This document shows positions 1 to 12,311 of a stretch of 64,000 bases of DNA, one piece after another (position 1 is the first letter of the stretch; each line of letters opens with the position of its first letter). The notes under the pieces were generated by a model, which saw nothing but the letters and a program-made list of their open reading frames with translations, was not told the origin of the DNA and did no database searches. This DNA is from Vitrella brassicaformis CCMP3155 (taxonomy: Eukaryota; Protista; Chromerida), in assembly GCA_001179505.1 (NCBI GenBank), contig CDMY01000420.1, positions 16,412-80,411 on the forward strand, given 5' to 3'. A program made the position numbers and the translations under genes.

Positions 1-3000
1 ACTATGCTGACGAGGACAAGGCTGACCGGCCAGATGACAATGGAAGAAAGCAGCGTTTCATCAAGAGGTACACACATGCACACACACACGCATTCCTGGT
101 GTCTGCTCATGGCGTCTCCGTCCTGTCTTATTTCCTCCTCTTCCTCCACAACCTACTGTGTGCAGGAAGATCCTCCACATCCGTTTGCGTCGTTTCGGCC
201 TCTTGGGAGCCATTGGCGCAGGCAAGGCCAAGCAGAACAAAGGTGAGCACCGGACATTTAGCCCAGCAGCACACGTCACGCCTGCCATGGCGCCCATTTC
301 TTTGCCTGTGTGTGTGACCAGTTGCTGACAATAGCACTGCCATCAAATCGCACCAGATGCTGCTGGATGAGATGGACCACTGGCTCTACCTCATCAAAGC
401 CGATGAGACCAAGGAAGACGTACGTTACCTGAATACACACACAGGGACACACAGGGAGACGGGGAGGGGATGCGCCTTGTGCAGCAAATCGACTGGTATG
501 ACGAGGAGGGCGATGGAGAGGACAGCGCCAGAGGCAAGGGAGCATCCAAGATGCGAGACGGACAGAAGTCCAACCAGGTAAACACACACAGACGCATCAC
601 ATCGCCGGCTGCACCCGTGCTTTGTACGGGTGTGTCGGTGTCTGCGCCAGATCATGTTGCGCGACAGCCGTAATAACGCTGAGTTGGAGTACGATTTCCT
701 CTTCAAGGAGACAGAGTTGGACGCCAAAAAGTTCCGCGAGACGCGGGAGCCCGAGACCGACCCCTACACCAAACACCTCATGATGCTGCGCATGACGGGC
801 GACAAATACGCCCTCTGGGAGACACTGATCAAGGCCGCACACATGCACAAACCCGACGAATTCATCCACGGGTCAGTGAACTACACACTTCTCCTCTTCA
901 CCTCTCTCAATACACTCGACGGCTCTCTCTCCGTGTGTGTGTATTCTCTTGTATGGCTGCAGTTACCAGGGTCGCGTGATCGGTCACCCCAACCCCAGGA
1001 AGGCCGACATCTACCTCAGACATGACAAGGACGCCACACAGGTAAGAGATGCACGCGGCCGCTGACCGCAATGGCAGCACTGTGCACCTGTGCGTGAGTA
1101 TACAGGTCTACTACGAGTACCAAGAGGGCAAGGACATCATCGCTGACGAGAGCAGGATGCTCGGCAAGTACGCAATCATACACACACACACACACGCACC
1201 CACATGGCCCCACTGCCGTTGATGTGTGTGGCCGGCATGTGTGTGCACATGTGTGTGCAGGTACGTGGGTGCGTTCAGCCACCATCGCTACCACGGCAGG
1301 GGCATACTCATGGACCGTGACGAAAGCCCCCTGTATGAGGTAGGTGTGTGTGGATAACGCCACAATGAACACACAGAGAGAGACACGGCACATGTCTTTG
1401 GTTGGCTCTCGTTCAGGGCGAGTGGGCCAATGGCAAGCGTTGGGGCAAGGGCATCTTCGTCTTCCGTGATGCGGTAAAGTCGCACATCTCGGTCCCCGTC
1501 GGTTGATTGGTGTGTCATGGTATTTCTATCTACCAGCGTGGGTTGCCCCGTGAGTACCGTGGTGAATTCTCGAACGACCAGATGTGCGGCAAGGGCCAGC
1601 TCCGCATCATCAACGTCGACGACCCCGCCAGGAAGCTCAGGGGACAGGCAGACGAGAAGCTCATCATCGACCAATACAAGGTAGCCAGGGATGTGTAAGA
1701 TGCGGGCGTATTGAGTTGATGCATGTGTGTGTGTTTATGTGTTGGGTCGATCAATCAGGGCAAGTTCGCCCCGGCTGAGCCTGGTTTTGAGGCTGGTTTG
1801 CCCAAGCCGCGTGATGCGTCGCTGCCCGATGAGTTGGAGGACGAGGTGGCTTTGAAGGCCGAGGAGGACCGCAGGCGGGCACTGGCCAAGGCACGTAAGG
1901 ACGAGGACGCTCTCGTGGAACTCAGCCCCGCTTCAGCCAGGACACTCGGCGCTAGGTGAGAAAATGGCACGCCATGACAGAGAAGCGGGGAGTCTGCGTG
2001 TCTTGACTATCCCTGTCCGTTTGTGTGTGCAGGACTGACGCTGATTTGCAGATCGCATACGTGATGACTAAGGAGGGCATGGACGAGTGGCTGCCGCACA
2101 AGGAGAAATGGAGACCCATGCACGAAAACTTCCAAAACAGCTGCACCGACACCGAAGCCACCATCCGGTACCCACCCACCTCCCTCACGCAATTCACACA
2201 ATCCCGCATCTCTCCTTTCACTCTTCATCAGTTTCCTTGACGGTTCCGCCTATGACGGCCCCGTGCAAAACGGTGTGCCCGACACGACCGTGGCGACCCA
2301 GGTGCGCGGGCAGGCCGCGAAGGGCACGTTTGTGTGCCAGCACCCCGAGTACGGGTTCCGCTACGAGGGTGGGTGGAAGGACTTCAAGCCCCACGGCTAC
2401 GGCGAGCTGGTACGCAAGGTCAAGGTGGGCACCCAGACGGCCGACCTCCGCTACAAGGGGGAGTTCAAGGACGGACTCAGACACGGCAAGGGCGTGCTGG
2501 AGATCGGACAGCTCGCGGACGGCGGCAAGACATTCAGGAGCCCTGTGCTCTTCGACATCAAGGGGGAGTGGCAGGTGGGTCGATGGGTTTAGGAGGTGGT
2601 GTGGAGAAGGAAGGATGCATCAAACACGTCCATCCATGCATCCTGCACCGTATATGGCGTGCAGAACGATTTGTTGGAGTGCCGGGAGGCCAGGATCACG
2701 ATCGCACCATCCATGGAACAGACATTCCCATTCAAGTAAGATGCCAACCGACGCACACACACCCACAGAGAGACCCCCACTCCTCCCGTCGTATCGTGTT
2801 GCGTGTGTGTGTCAGATCGTACGTAGGCCCGTGCAGCCGCGGCATGATTGGCAACGACCGGGACAGCGGCACCATGGTGTTCTTCGATGACAAGACGTAC
2901 AAGGGCCCCTTCAGCAAGGGACTCAGACACACTGCCGAGGGACAGGAGGGCGAACTCACGGACAAGAACGGAACCAAGATCTACAAAGGAAAGGTCAGAG

Positions 3001-4360
3001 ACGGACACACGGACACACAGACAGACAGAGAGGGAGGGAGGGAGGGAGGGAACGTGTGTGTATCAAGTTACCGATTCTTTTGTGGTTGACGCAGTGGGAG
3101 AAGGACATTCCTGCTGCTGGCGATGTGTCGTCGCTGGACTGTGGCGACGGATACACATACACCGGGCCACTGCTCAACGGAAAGAGGAGCGGTGCAAAGG
3201 GTAAGTAAGCACACACCACACAGACAGACAGACAGACACATTCACTCATTCGTCCATTCCATGCATCATCGATGTCAGGCGAGTTGTTCAAGGGCAGCGA
3301 GAGGATCTACGAGGGCGCGTGGAAGGACGACCTGCCGGACGGAAAGGGAAAACTCTTCCTCAGTACACATGACACAACACACTACCAACACACAAACACT
3401 CTGTTAACGGCCGCGTCCGTCCGCCTGGTGCTTGTGTGCAGAGGAGGGTGTGTACGACGGCAACTTCCAGGGTGGCAAGCGCCACGGCACGGGCAAGTTC
3501 GTGTACAAGGATGGCAAGGTGGGCGACGGTGCCGCGGCCAAGTTCCAGAGCTCCCCTGCTGTCAAGGACAAGCTGGGCAAGCAGCGCTTCTACGATGGCG
3601 AGTGGAAGAACGACGTGCAGCACGGAGAGGGCACGTACCTTGACGAGTTTGGAAAGGAGGGCACCTACCGGTCAGTGCTCACCGCGGAGACAGACACTGC
3701 CTCTCTCTGTCTCACTCTCCCTGTGTGTGCATATACTGTGTGCATATACTGTGTGCAGGCTGGACAACGGCAGCTTTGGCACCCCTGACCAGAGAGCTGA
3801 TGACTACTGCTGTGGCTTCTACCCCAGCTGCAAGGCGAGTACACCACGTGCATGAGCTCTTTCATATGTGCATACTGTCTTGTGTCTCCTCATCTCAGTG
3901 TGCATGTTGCGGCAAGAAGCTGCCCAGTGACTTCCTCCCTCACGCCCTGCCCAACACGCCCGTCAATCGGTACACACGCAACCATGCAAGCGCTGTATTG
4001 TGTGCATTTCCCTGTGCGTGTTGCTATCCACCCTTGCGCCAGCACGAGCAAGCCTTTGACGCCCACGAAGCCCGTTGACGACAAGGCATCCTTCGAGGTG
4101 TTCGTGTCGTCCGGACAGGTCGACGGACAGCCCCTCTTCAAATACTACGAGGACGCCCCACTCGGTAAATCAAACACAGTGCTGCTCAAGGCAGAGACAC
4201 ACGGGGGGAGAGCATGGTCGACCTGTCTGTTGTTTGTTGATGTGCGGCGGCAGACGTGCGTGGCGTGTCGACAAGGCTGGCGGACGAACACCCCATTCTG
4301 GAGCTCAAGGAGACGACCAAGTCCTTCCACCTCACTGACAAGCAGCCACTCAAGGGATGA
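1..4360 (+). CDS. MORN-repeat protein, multi-exon, 5' partial
   Basis: Spliced exons give many MORN motifs (YVGAFSHHRYHGRG, GEWANGKRWGKG, YEGGWKDFKPHGYG, YKGEFKDGLRHGKG, YEGAWKDDLPDGKG, YDGNFQGGKRHGTG, YDGEWKNDVQHGEG). The C-terminus has a Cys cluster and probably ends ...KQPLKG* at TGA 4358-4360. The frame is open at position 1. Confidence 0.85.
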
Positions 4361-5049
4361 AGTGCCTAGACGCAGGGCCGTCCTTTCTCCCGGATCCACG
4401 CACCCATGTGCTTCATTATGTGGTTTCTTTCCATGCGAGCTGCCTGCCTGCCTGTCTGCCTGCCTGCCTTTGGTACAAGTGGTTGGCAAAGGGGAGGATT
4501 GATGGATGGAGCAGTGGGAGGGGGATGGATGGATGGCTGGATGGGTGGATGGCTGCTTTAGTGGATGGTGGATGGGTGCAGGTGTAGAGCTTCTTTCTTT
4601 GCCTGAGGACAAGACAGACGGTGACGAACACACCCTGATCGACTGACTGCCTGAGCGCAACAGACTCATGCACACACGATGCGCAGAATGCACGCAGCGC
4701 TGCAGTTTTGAACGCAATCTATACACAAGTACAACGACAACAGAACGTGTCTCTCACAACCGTGCGATTACATCGCCTACATCTACACATAATGCTTCCG
4801 CAGCAACGCGACTGTCCGTTGCACCTCCACACTGCTGCAAATGTCGGCATTGCAAACCTGCACCATTCAGCATCTCCGCCATTTGCATTTGGTGTGGATC
4901 GAGTGGAGACTCGCAGGTGGGTGGTAGTGGGTGGGTGGTGGGGCGAGTAGTGCCTGCACACACGGCGCTCAACGCATGAGATCTATGTGCGTCTGTCTGT
5001 GTGCGTGCATGAGCGTATAATGGGCTTCTTTTGGCGGTTTTCATGTTTG

Positions 5050-5067
5050 AGCTCGCAATTGCGAGCT
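5050..5067. promoter_or_regulatory. Perfect 18-bp palindrome AGCTCGCAATTGCGAGCT upstream of the membrane-protein gene
   Basis: Read directly. It is two inverted copies of the AGCTCGCA motif, about 170 bp before ATG 5240. Confidence 0.5.
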
Positions 5068-5239
5068 TTGTGTTTCTGTCGTTCGTTCGTTCGTTCTTCC
5101 CGGTTTGAGTAATCTGCTTCAGCTCACTGCCTCTTAGTGAATCCAGCAGCGGCGCCCTTATCCAATTGCCGCCTCTGTGGCAAGTTCCGGCTCTCAGAGC
5201 CTCGAGGTCTCCCGTGACTCGCGTCGGCATCTATTTGGG

Positions 5240-7732
5240 ATGCCTCCCCCCCGAGCGGCGGCCACCCGCGCCCGCCGGGCATCGCAGCCCATCCTTGTCC
5301 AGCGCCGGACCTCACACGCGCAGGACGACAGAGCCAATGCCCGAGCAACGTCGATGTCTGCCTGGTGCTGCTCACTGTTGAGGATACGGTGGCCTCCGTT
5401 TGCCCAAGATGCCAACAGGACGCCCAGTGAACAGAGCAGGATCAAGGTGGGCCAACATGCCACTTGATGATGAGCGCTCATCATCAAGTGTTGGTTTCGT
5501 GTCTTGTGTCGTGTGTTGTGGTCAGCGGGGAGCTCAGCATGAGGTGTTCCTGCAGAGGTCGTTTGTGATCGTGTGGACCTTTGCGCTTTTCTTCCTAGTC
5601 ATGTTCGTCGCCGCGCATGTCTTCCTGCGTACGAAAGACTCACACACAAACGAGAGACAAACACCCACTCAGATGGCGGGCATGTTTTCCTCCCTCTCTC
5701 TGTTGGTCGGTTGGCTGTGTGATCAGAGAGTTACGTTGGCCCTGCGTTTTTTGAGGTACGTGAGTTGAGAGGCAGCGACTTTCTGAGGAGATGCCGGTGC
5801 CCACGATGGCCGTGTGTGTGTCAGTTTTTCCTCGGCACAAGTATCCTCTCGACCGGCCTCTGGGCCGTCTACAGGCGACGCACAAGAGAACTGCAGCTAT
5901 TCATCGCCTCGTGAGCGAATCGCGCACAAACCACCACCAACACCCACACACCCACACACACACACGTGCCTGAGTGTCCCAACTTGCCTTGTGCACTCAT
6001 TCACCCTCCCCTCCCATGCAGTGGTTTCTTTAACGTGCTGCTGCTGACCCTGTGGGTGACGCGCGTGTCCCTCCCGTACGTCGTCGGTCACCACTTCATC
6101 CCCACCGGCGACACGCCCACCTTCACAGCAGAGGGCGACGGGGGCAACTCCACGCACAGCCTGCCGGAGGAACCATCACACACTGCTGAATGGTAGGTCA
6201 CTCTCAAACAGACAGGGAGGGAGGGAGGGAGGGAGAGGGTGGGTGCATACGTGTCGTTCGTGTGTGTGTGTGTATGTCAGGTATAAGGTGCTGACGTTTG
6301 GTGTGGTCGCGAGCATCCTCTCGTCAGCCGCGCAGCTGCTCCTCATCCCTATCGCCTACTATCTCATGTATGGCACACAGGCCAAAGCTTTGATACAAAG
6401 TCGTGCACACGAGGGGCTGTTGTTCATCAGGCGGCGTGCTGTGTCGTGTCCTTATCCGCCGGATCTCGTCCTGTCGGCCGTCGACACCTCTCTCACAACT
6501 ACACTAAATGTACGCGGAGCTGAAGGGCATAGGTGTGTGGAAGCCACCCCACTCCTGTGTGTGTGTGCGTGGTGTTGTGTGTTGTCTGTCTCGTGTAAAG
6601 GTCTCCCGTGACCCCCTGGACGAGTGGGAGGCGGGAGCCTTGTCGTCAGAAAACCCATTGCCGCCCAGAGATGTACGCGCAGCCACCGACCCAACCACCC
6701 ACACATGTACCCCTCATCACACTGTCTGTCTGTCTGTGTATTGATCGCATCAGGCCAGTCGTTGGTCGATTAGCGTCAGTGTGGCCAACACGGCGGTATC
6801 TCGGGAATGCGAAGACTTCATCGCTACGTACGAGAAATCCATTGACCAGGTAAGGTGTGCGGTGCATCTCGCCGTCCAGCACAGCACAGCACACACAAAG
6901 CACTGGCTGACGGTCGCGTCCATTTCCTCCCTCTCTGTTCTTTTTCTCCGTGCAGATCGTTGCGTCAGGGCACCTGCCCCGCTGCCAGGACCGAGTGGAG
7001 GCCGTCACGGCCGCACGCAGCGGCCTGCTCTACCGATGGCAGAAGCCTCAGATCAAACCCTCCCGGGCATACACGCCCCCATCTCCCTCACCCACACCAC
7101 CCCCACCCCCACAACCACAACCACCACAAGTGCCCGCCGACACGCTGGAGGACGGCAAGCAGCCGTCGCCCCCCTCGGCCGCCCCGAGCGAACGTGATTC
7201 TGAGCGCGTGGTGCCGCGCATCCCCAGCATCCCCAGCGGGGGGATCACGAGCTTCGCCAGCATGTCCACCTTGTCGTGTCTGTCGGAACACGGCACCACC
7301 ACGCACAAGGCGGCGTGTCAGGAGCCAGGCGGCTACCCCATCGCACGAGATGCCGTCCGCGACAAGACGGCCGGCAGTGTGGCCGACAAGTGCCCACACC
7401 CCCACCCCCAGGCACAGCCGCATCCACAGACGCCGTCTCCCCCCAGCGCACTCTCATCAGCCGTTCGAGCCACCATCTCGACCCCACGCATGGCGACGGG
7501 GTGCGCGGCTGCCCGGCACACCCACACCAAGTCCCTGACGGACCTGCGGCTGCCGGTGGTGGAGCGGCACCACTCGCTCTCGTCCAGTGCGCCATGCACC
7601 TCCCTCCTGGGGTCGGCCGACGACACGCCTCCGCCGCTGCTGTTCGCGACGCCGCAGAAGGGCGTGGGTGCGGCGAGTGACGCCGGCAATCGGGGACGCG
7701 GCAGCACCGCCACACAGCAGGTGGGAGGCTAG
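5240..7732 (+). CDS. Hypothetical multi-pass membrane protein with long disordered Pro/Ser-rich C-terminal tail
   Basis: GT-AG exons encode hydrophobic segments (SFVIVWTFALFFLVMFVAAHVFL; GFFNVLLLTLWVTRVSL; VLTFGVVASILSSAAQLLLIPIAYYLM). The last exon is about 260 codons and ends TAG 7732, just before the gap. Family not recognised. Confidence 0.6.
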
Positions 7733-7744
7733 ATAGTGTGGTGT

Positions 7745-8044
7745 NNNNNNNNNNNNNNNNNNNNNNNNNNNNNNNNNNNNNNNNNNNNNNNNNNNNNNNN
7801 NNNNNNNNNNNNNNNNNNNNNNNNNNNNNNNNNNNNNNNNNNNNNNNNNNNNNNNNNNNNNNNNNNNNNNNNNNNNNNNNNNNNNNNNNNNNNNNNNNNN
7901 NNNNNNNNNNNNNNNNNNNNNNNNNNNNNNNNNNNNNNNNNNNNNNNNNNNNNNNNNNNNNNNNNNNNNNNNNNNNNNNNNNNNNNNNNNNNNNNNNNNN
8001 NNNNNNNNNNNNNNNNNNNNNNNNNNNNNNNNNNNNNNNNNNNN
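7745..8044. other. Assembly gap (300 N), followed by a poly-G run
   Basis: Run of N; G homopolymer at 8045-8080. Confidence 0.99.
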
Positions 8045-8081
<37 letters not shown>

Positions 8082-8264
8082 AGAGGGGTTAGAGGGGTAT
8101 GTCGGTGGGTTTCCGACAGAGGCGCCGTCCACCCGTCCCGTCCGTCCGTCCGTATGGGTGCATAGGCCTTACCTACCTACCTACCTTGTACTACGCACTT
8201 GCGTATGCAATGCATGGCATGGCATGGCATGGTTGGGGGGACTGGGGGAGAGGTAAGGCGACCT

Positions 8265-8335
8265 GACCTGACGGGACGTGACGGGACGTGACGGGACGTG
8301 ACGGGACCTGACGGGACGTAACGTGACGTGACGTG
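8265..8335. repeat. Tandem 10-mer (GACGGGACGT/GACGGGACCT)n decaying into (GACGT)n
   Basis: Visible tandem array in microsatellite-rich intergenic DNA. Confidence 0.8.
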
Positions 8336-10736
8336 TGAGAGTGCATACACACACGTCTATCTATCTGTGTATATATATTATATACCGAGGGAGGGGAGTG
8401 GTCGACGGACGGACGGACCGACCGGGTGAGTGAGTGAACACATTTTATCTGTCTATATTGATGGATGGTTGGACTGACCGACGGACGAGTGATTGCCCTG
8501 TTGTTTTTCCGCACCATGTGTATGTATGGATGTGTGGTATCGTCGAGCACGGTGATCTATCGGAGAAGGGAGGGGAGGGGAGGACCTTTCAATCAATGAC
8601 GGCCTGACCGACCGTATATATTGTGTACACAGCCAGGGAGGGAGGGGCGGAGGCGGTGTTGCTGCTGCTGCTGCTGCGTCTGCTGTCACACACACACCCA
8701 CACCGGCGCCCATCCATCCATCCATCCATCCATGTGGTGCCTGTGGCCGCTTTCATGCTGTATGTGTGATGGATGTCACTCACCTGCTACATACATACCG
8801 GCCAACTACACTACACTCTTCACTCTTCACTCTGCCATGTCTGTCATCCTTCGGGACGCACTCACTCTCACTCACTCTCACTCATACTTGCTAGAGAAAT
8901 GCATACCTGCTCGCACAATCACCTACCTACTCGCAAGCTAACTGGGGGGTCTGGCTGTCTTCCTGCCTGTCTGTCTGTCTGTCTGTGTGCATGTGGATGA
9001 ATGGCGGGATGGGATGCATTGCATTCATGTCACACACCCACTTGCTGCCAGTCGGTCTGCCGCGCACTCACTCACTGACAGGGAGGAGGAGCCCTACCGG
9101 TCTCCCCCCACCCCCCACCCGTCACTCGTCAGCCAGTCCGTCTGTCTGTCCGTCTGTCCGTGTGCGACCGTGCAAATCGCACTCCGACTATCGCAATGCT
9201 CGTATGCCGTCCTGTCTTGTGTGTGTCGTCTTTCTGTCGCCCGTCGGTTGTGGTGGCGTCTCTCGTTGTGGTGCGTCGTCTTTGTTTATGGAAGTGAGGG
9301 TGGTCAAGGAGAGAAAGGGGGGGGCTTGCAGATGGTTTTCTAGTTTGCCAGCCAAGTGTGTGTCTGTCGATGAAGTCGATCGGTCGATCTTACGCGCGGG
9401 GAGAGAGAGATATATATAGAGAGAAGAAAGGCTGATGTTGTCTCGTTGTCGTTACTCTTGGCCTGTGGTCGGGTACTGATGGTCGCAGGACCACGACGGT
9501 CGCCTGACTACGAGGCCGATGGTCGTGTCGTGGTTGTGGCTGCTCTACCTGGCTAGATGGATGGATGGATGGATGGAGATCTCGATGGCCAATGGCCAAG
9601 TCTGCCTGCGTGCCTGCCTGCATGCCTGTCTGCCACTCATGGATAGCATGTGCTGTTATGTAATTGACGGCTGTAGCGTGGCTGTGTGTGTGTGTGTGTG
9701 TGTGTACCTTACGTACCACATTTGTGATCTCTCTCTCTCTCCCCCTTGTGTCTGAGGTCAGTATCTGTGCAACGAATCTGGGGCTGCTGGGTGTGGGTTG
9801 TGATGTGGCGTGATGTGCTGGATGGCCTTGCTGTGTGTCGATAATGCTGCGCATGACAATGACGCTCACTTTCTGGGGTGATTTTTACGGATATATACAT
9901 ACATACACACGATGAATGGACTCTCTCTACTCTGCGCCCTCATCCCCCGGCCCCGCCCCGCCTCCTTTTCTCCCGTGTGTGTGTGTCGAGAAATTTTGCC
10001 GTTCGTTGCATTCTTTCGCGGATCGATCGTTGTCCTGTCTGCCTGCTGATTTTGTGACGAGACGAGACGAGAGGGAGGGATTTTGCACTCACCAGCTGCC
10101 ATGCCATGCCATGCCATGCCATGCCAGCATGGCATGCAAGTGCGGCGTCCATGTGTGTGTGTGTGTGTGTGTGTGTCTTGTGGTTGCGAGGGCTGCCTCC
10201 GGGCACGCGAGAGAGAGGCGGCGGACACTCACGTAATGATGTCAGAAGGGGAGAGTGTTGCCTTAGTCCACCTGTCTGTTTACTTGCTTTACCTACCTGC
10301 CTGCCTGCCTGCTATAGGTCCCTAAGATTTTTCTCTTTGCACACCTGCAATCGGTCTGTCTGTCTGTCTGGCTGTCTCTATGTCTGTCTGTCTGTCTGTC
10401 TGGATGGATGGATGCGTGGATTTTTCCTTTTTGGCCCGGCGGACTTGACTGACTTGGATTGTAGGATTTTTTCCTGGCTCGTCATGCTCTCACCTGGCTC
10501 GTCCCACTCTATCCTGGTTTTTCGCCCATTGGATGGCACGCCATGGCGTGATCATTACATCAGGGAGTTTTTAAAAGAAGGGATAATGATCGGGCCATCC
10601 ATCTGTATACCCCGTGCAAGTGCCTTTTAAGTGTCGATGGGGTGGATGGATGTTGGCAATGGGGGTGCCTGCCTGCCATGCGCCTCGATCGACACGTCCA
10701 GATTGGATGGATGGATGGATGGATTGGCTTATCCAT

Positions 10737-10861
10737 GGTGTGTGTTCTGGTTTCGCTGCTTCTTCAGTCTCCTTGCTACGCGTTGCTGGCATCCAGACAT
10801 CCTCTGGATGCCGCGAGCCGTGGCGGGGAGGAGGAAGAAGCAGAGAACCAGATGCATCACC
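10737..10861 (+). ncRNA. Putative structured RNA: ~125-nt fold-back hairpin, copy 1
   Basis: Manual pairing gives TCTGGTTTCGCTGCTTCTTC/GAAGAAGCAGAGAACCAGA, CTCCTTGCTACG/CGTGGCGGGGAG (3 G-U pairs) and GGCATCCAGA-catcc-TCTGGATGCC. A homologous copy lies at 22132-22250. Confidence 0.5.
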
Positions 10862-12311
10862 AAATCTGTGCGTCTGGCGCAGAGACGGACCTTCGGAGGG
10901 TTTTGAGAGCTTTCTGTTCGGCGTGATGACCCAGGTCTGCCTAGCTCAACTCTTGCATACCATCCCAGTATCCCTGCTGCCCACGACTGACCTGACCTCT
11001 AGCCGCGTCTGTTGTCTCCGGTGTTGGCTTGGGTTTTTTCCTCTCTCTCTCTCTCTGCATTGCCTGCCTGCCTGCCTACCTGCCTACTTGATGCGTCGGA
11101 TGCGTTGGTTGGGTGTGACTGGGTGGGCGGACCATGGCTGGCCGTGCAGATCAATCAATGGCATTCAAGTAGTCATCCATGTACAAGCACACACGCAATG
11201 ATTGCAATCAGTGTCGCGGCAAGGCAAGGCAAGAGAGAGAGACAGGCATCGCATCGATCGCATCAGACACACACACGCACACGGACACACACACAGCTGA
11301 TCATGGTCAGACCATCCATACACACGCCGCGTCACGCCACCGGCACGACAAATGTCAACTCACACCACACCCTCACACCCTCACACCCACTCCTCACGCC
11401 GAGAGACAGAGCTATCACATTCCTCCTTCCTCCTCACCTCACCCCACCACGTAGTGGCCTGGCCTCGATTCACCTTCCTCGGGAACGGTGAACGCAAGCG
11501 AGCCTGCCTGCCTGCCTGCCTCGAATGAATGAGTAAGTATGCAAGTATTGTATGTATGGATGGCACCACAACACACAATGGTTTACATAAGTGAGGGCGA
11601 GCACTGAAAGACTCCATATACCCGACAGACAGACAGCCACCCAGCCACCGAGAGAAGTGTCGAAAAAGCCAGCGGGAGGAGGGAGGGAGGGAGGGAGAGA
11701 GAGGGGAGGATATCGACAGCATGTCAGCCAGTCAGAATGGGTAGAAACCGATTCAGGGTCACCAGGCGAGAGGGAGAGGGAGAGGAAAAGTCCGTGTGCA
11801 AAAATGAGAGCCAGTGGAGGAGCAAGACACGAGACCAGATAGGTAGGGTCCATTGTCTCCATTCATTCACGTTCGTTCGTATGATGGATGTACGCCACTG
11901 CTATTATGATACATGTGACACAACTCTGACAGACACGCACAGCCGCCCCGCCCCGCCCGCCTCTCAAGGACGAGACGAGACGGGGCGGGACAAGACCTGG
12001 CCTGTGTGTGTGCAAAACCGACCTGACCTTCCCCGCTCGCCCTGTCCCGACACAGTCCATGCGGCCCGGCGGGTGGGCAATACGAGGCGGACCAGGACGA
12101 CCCGACCAGACGAGACAGACACCATTCAAATAAAGCAGTGTGTATGCAGACGAAGGAAAAAACTGTCAACTCGACCCCCAGCTGCATCCATCCCTCTCCT
12201 CTCCTCTCTCCCGAAACACCCTCCATCCATCCATCCGCTCGCCGTTGTCGACTCAATCATTCAGTCAAGCCAACCTTATTGAGGTGCGTGCCGTCACACT
12301 GCGATGCGATG

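Noticed and set aside
1475-1540. In-frame TGA inside an apparently continuous MORN reading frame (possible readthrough or selenocysteine)
   Set aside because: It lies in a canonical intron (GTAAAG...CTACCAG), and splicing gives FVFRDA|RGLPREY.
8045-8080. Poly-G tract as a G-quadruplex or telomere-like element
   Set aside because: It directly abuts the N gap, so it is likely a sequencing or assembly artefact and its length is unreliable.
8265-8335. Regular repeats resembling a CRISPR array
   Set aside because: Contiguous 10-mers with no spacers, in a eukaryotic context with no cas genes.
10737-10861. Hairpin as a SECIS element, tRNA or H/ACA snoRNA
   Set aside because: No AUGA/GA quartet with apical AA, no cloverleaf or T-loop, no clear H and ACA boxes, and no selenoprotein upstream.
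8100-12200. Numerous 60-190 aa ORFs in the intergenic region
   Set aside because: The translations are microsatellite-derived (HTHT, CVCV, MDGW, LPAC) with no splice or codon signal of real genes.
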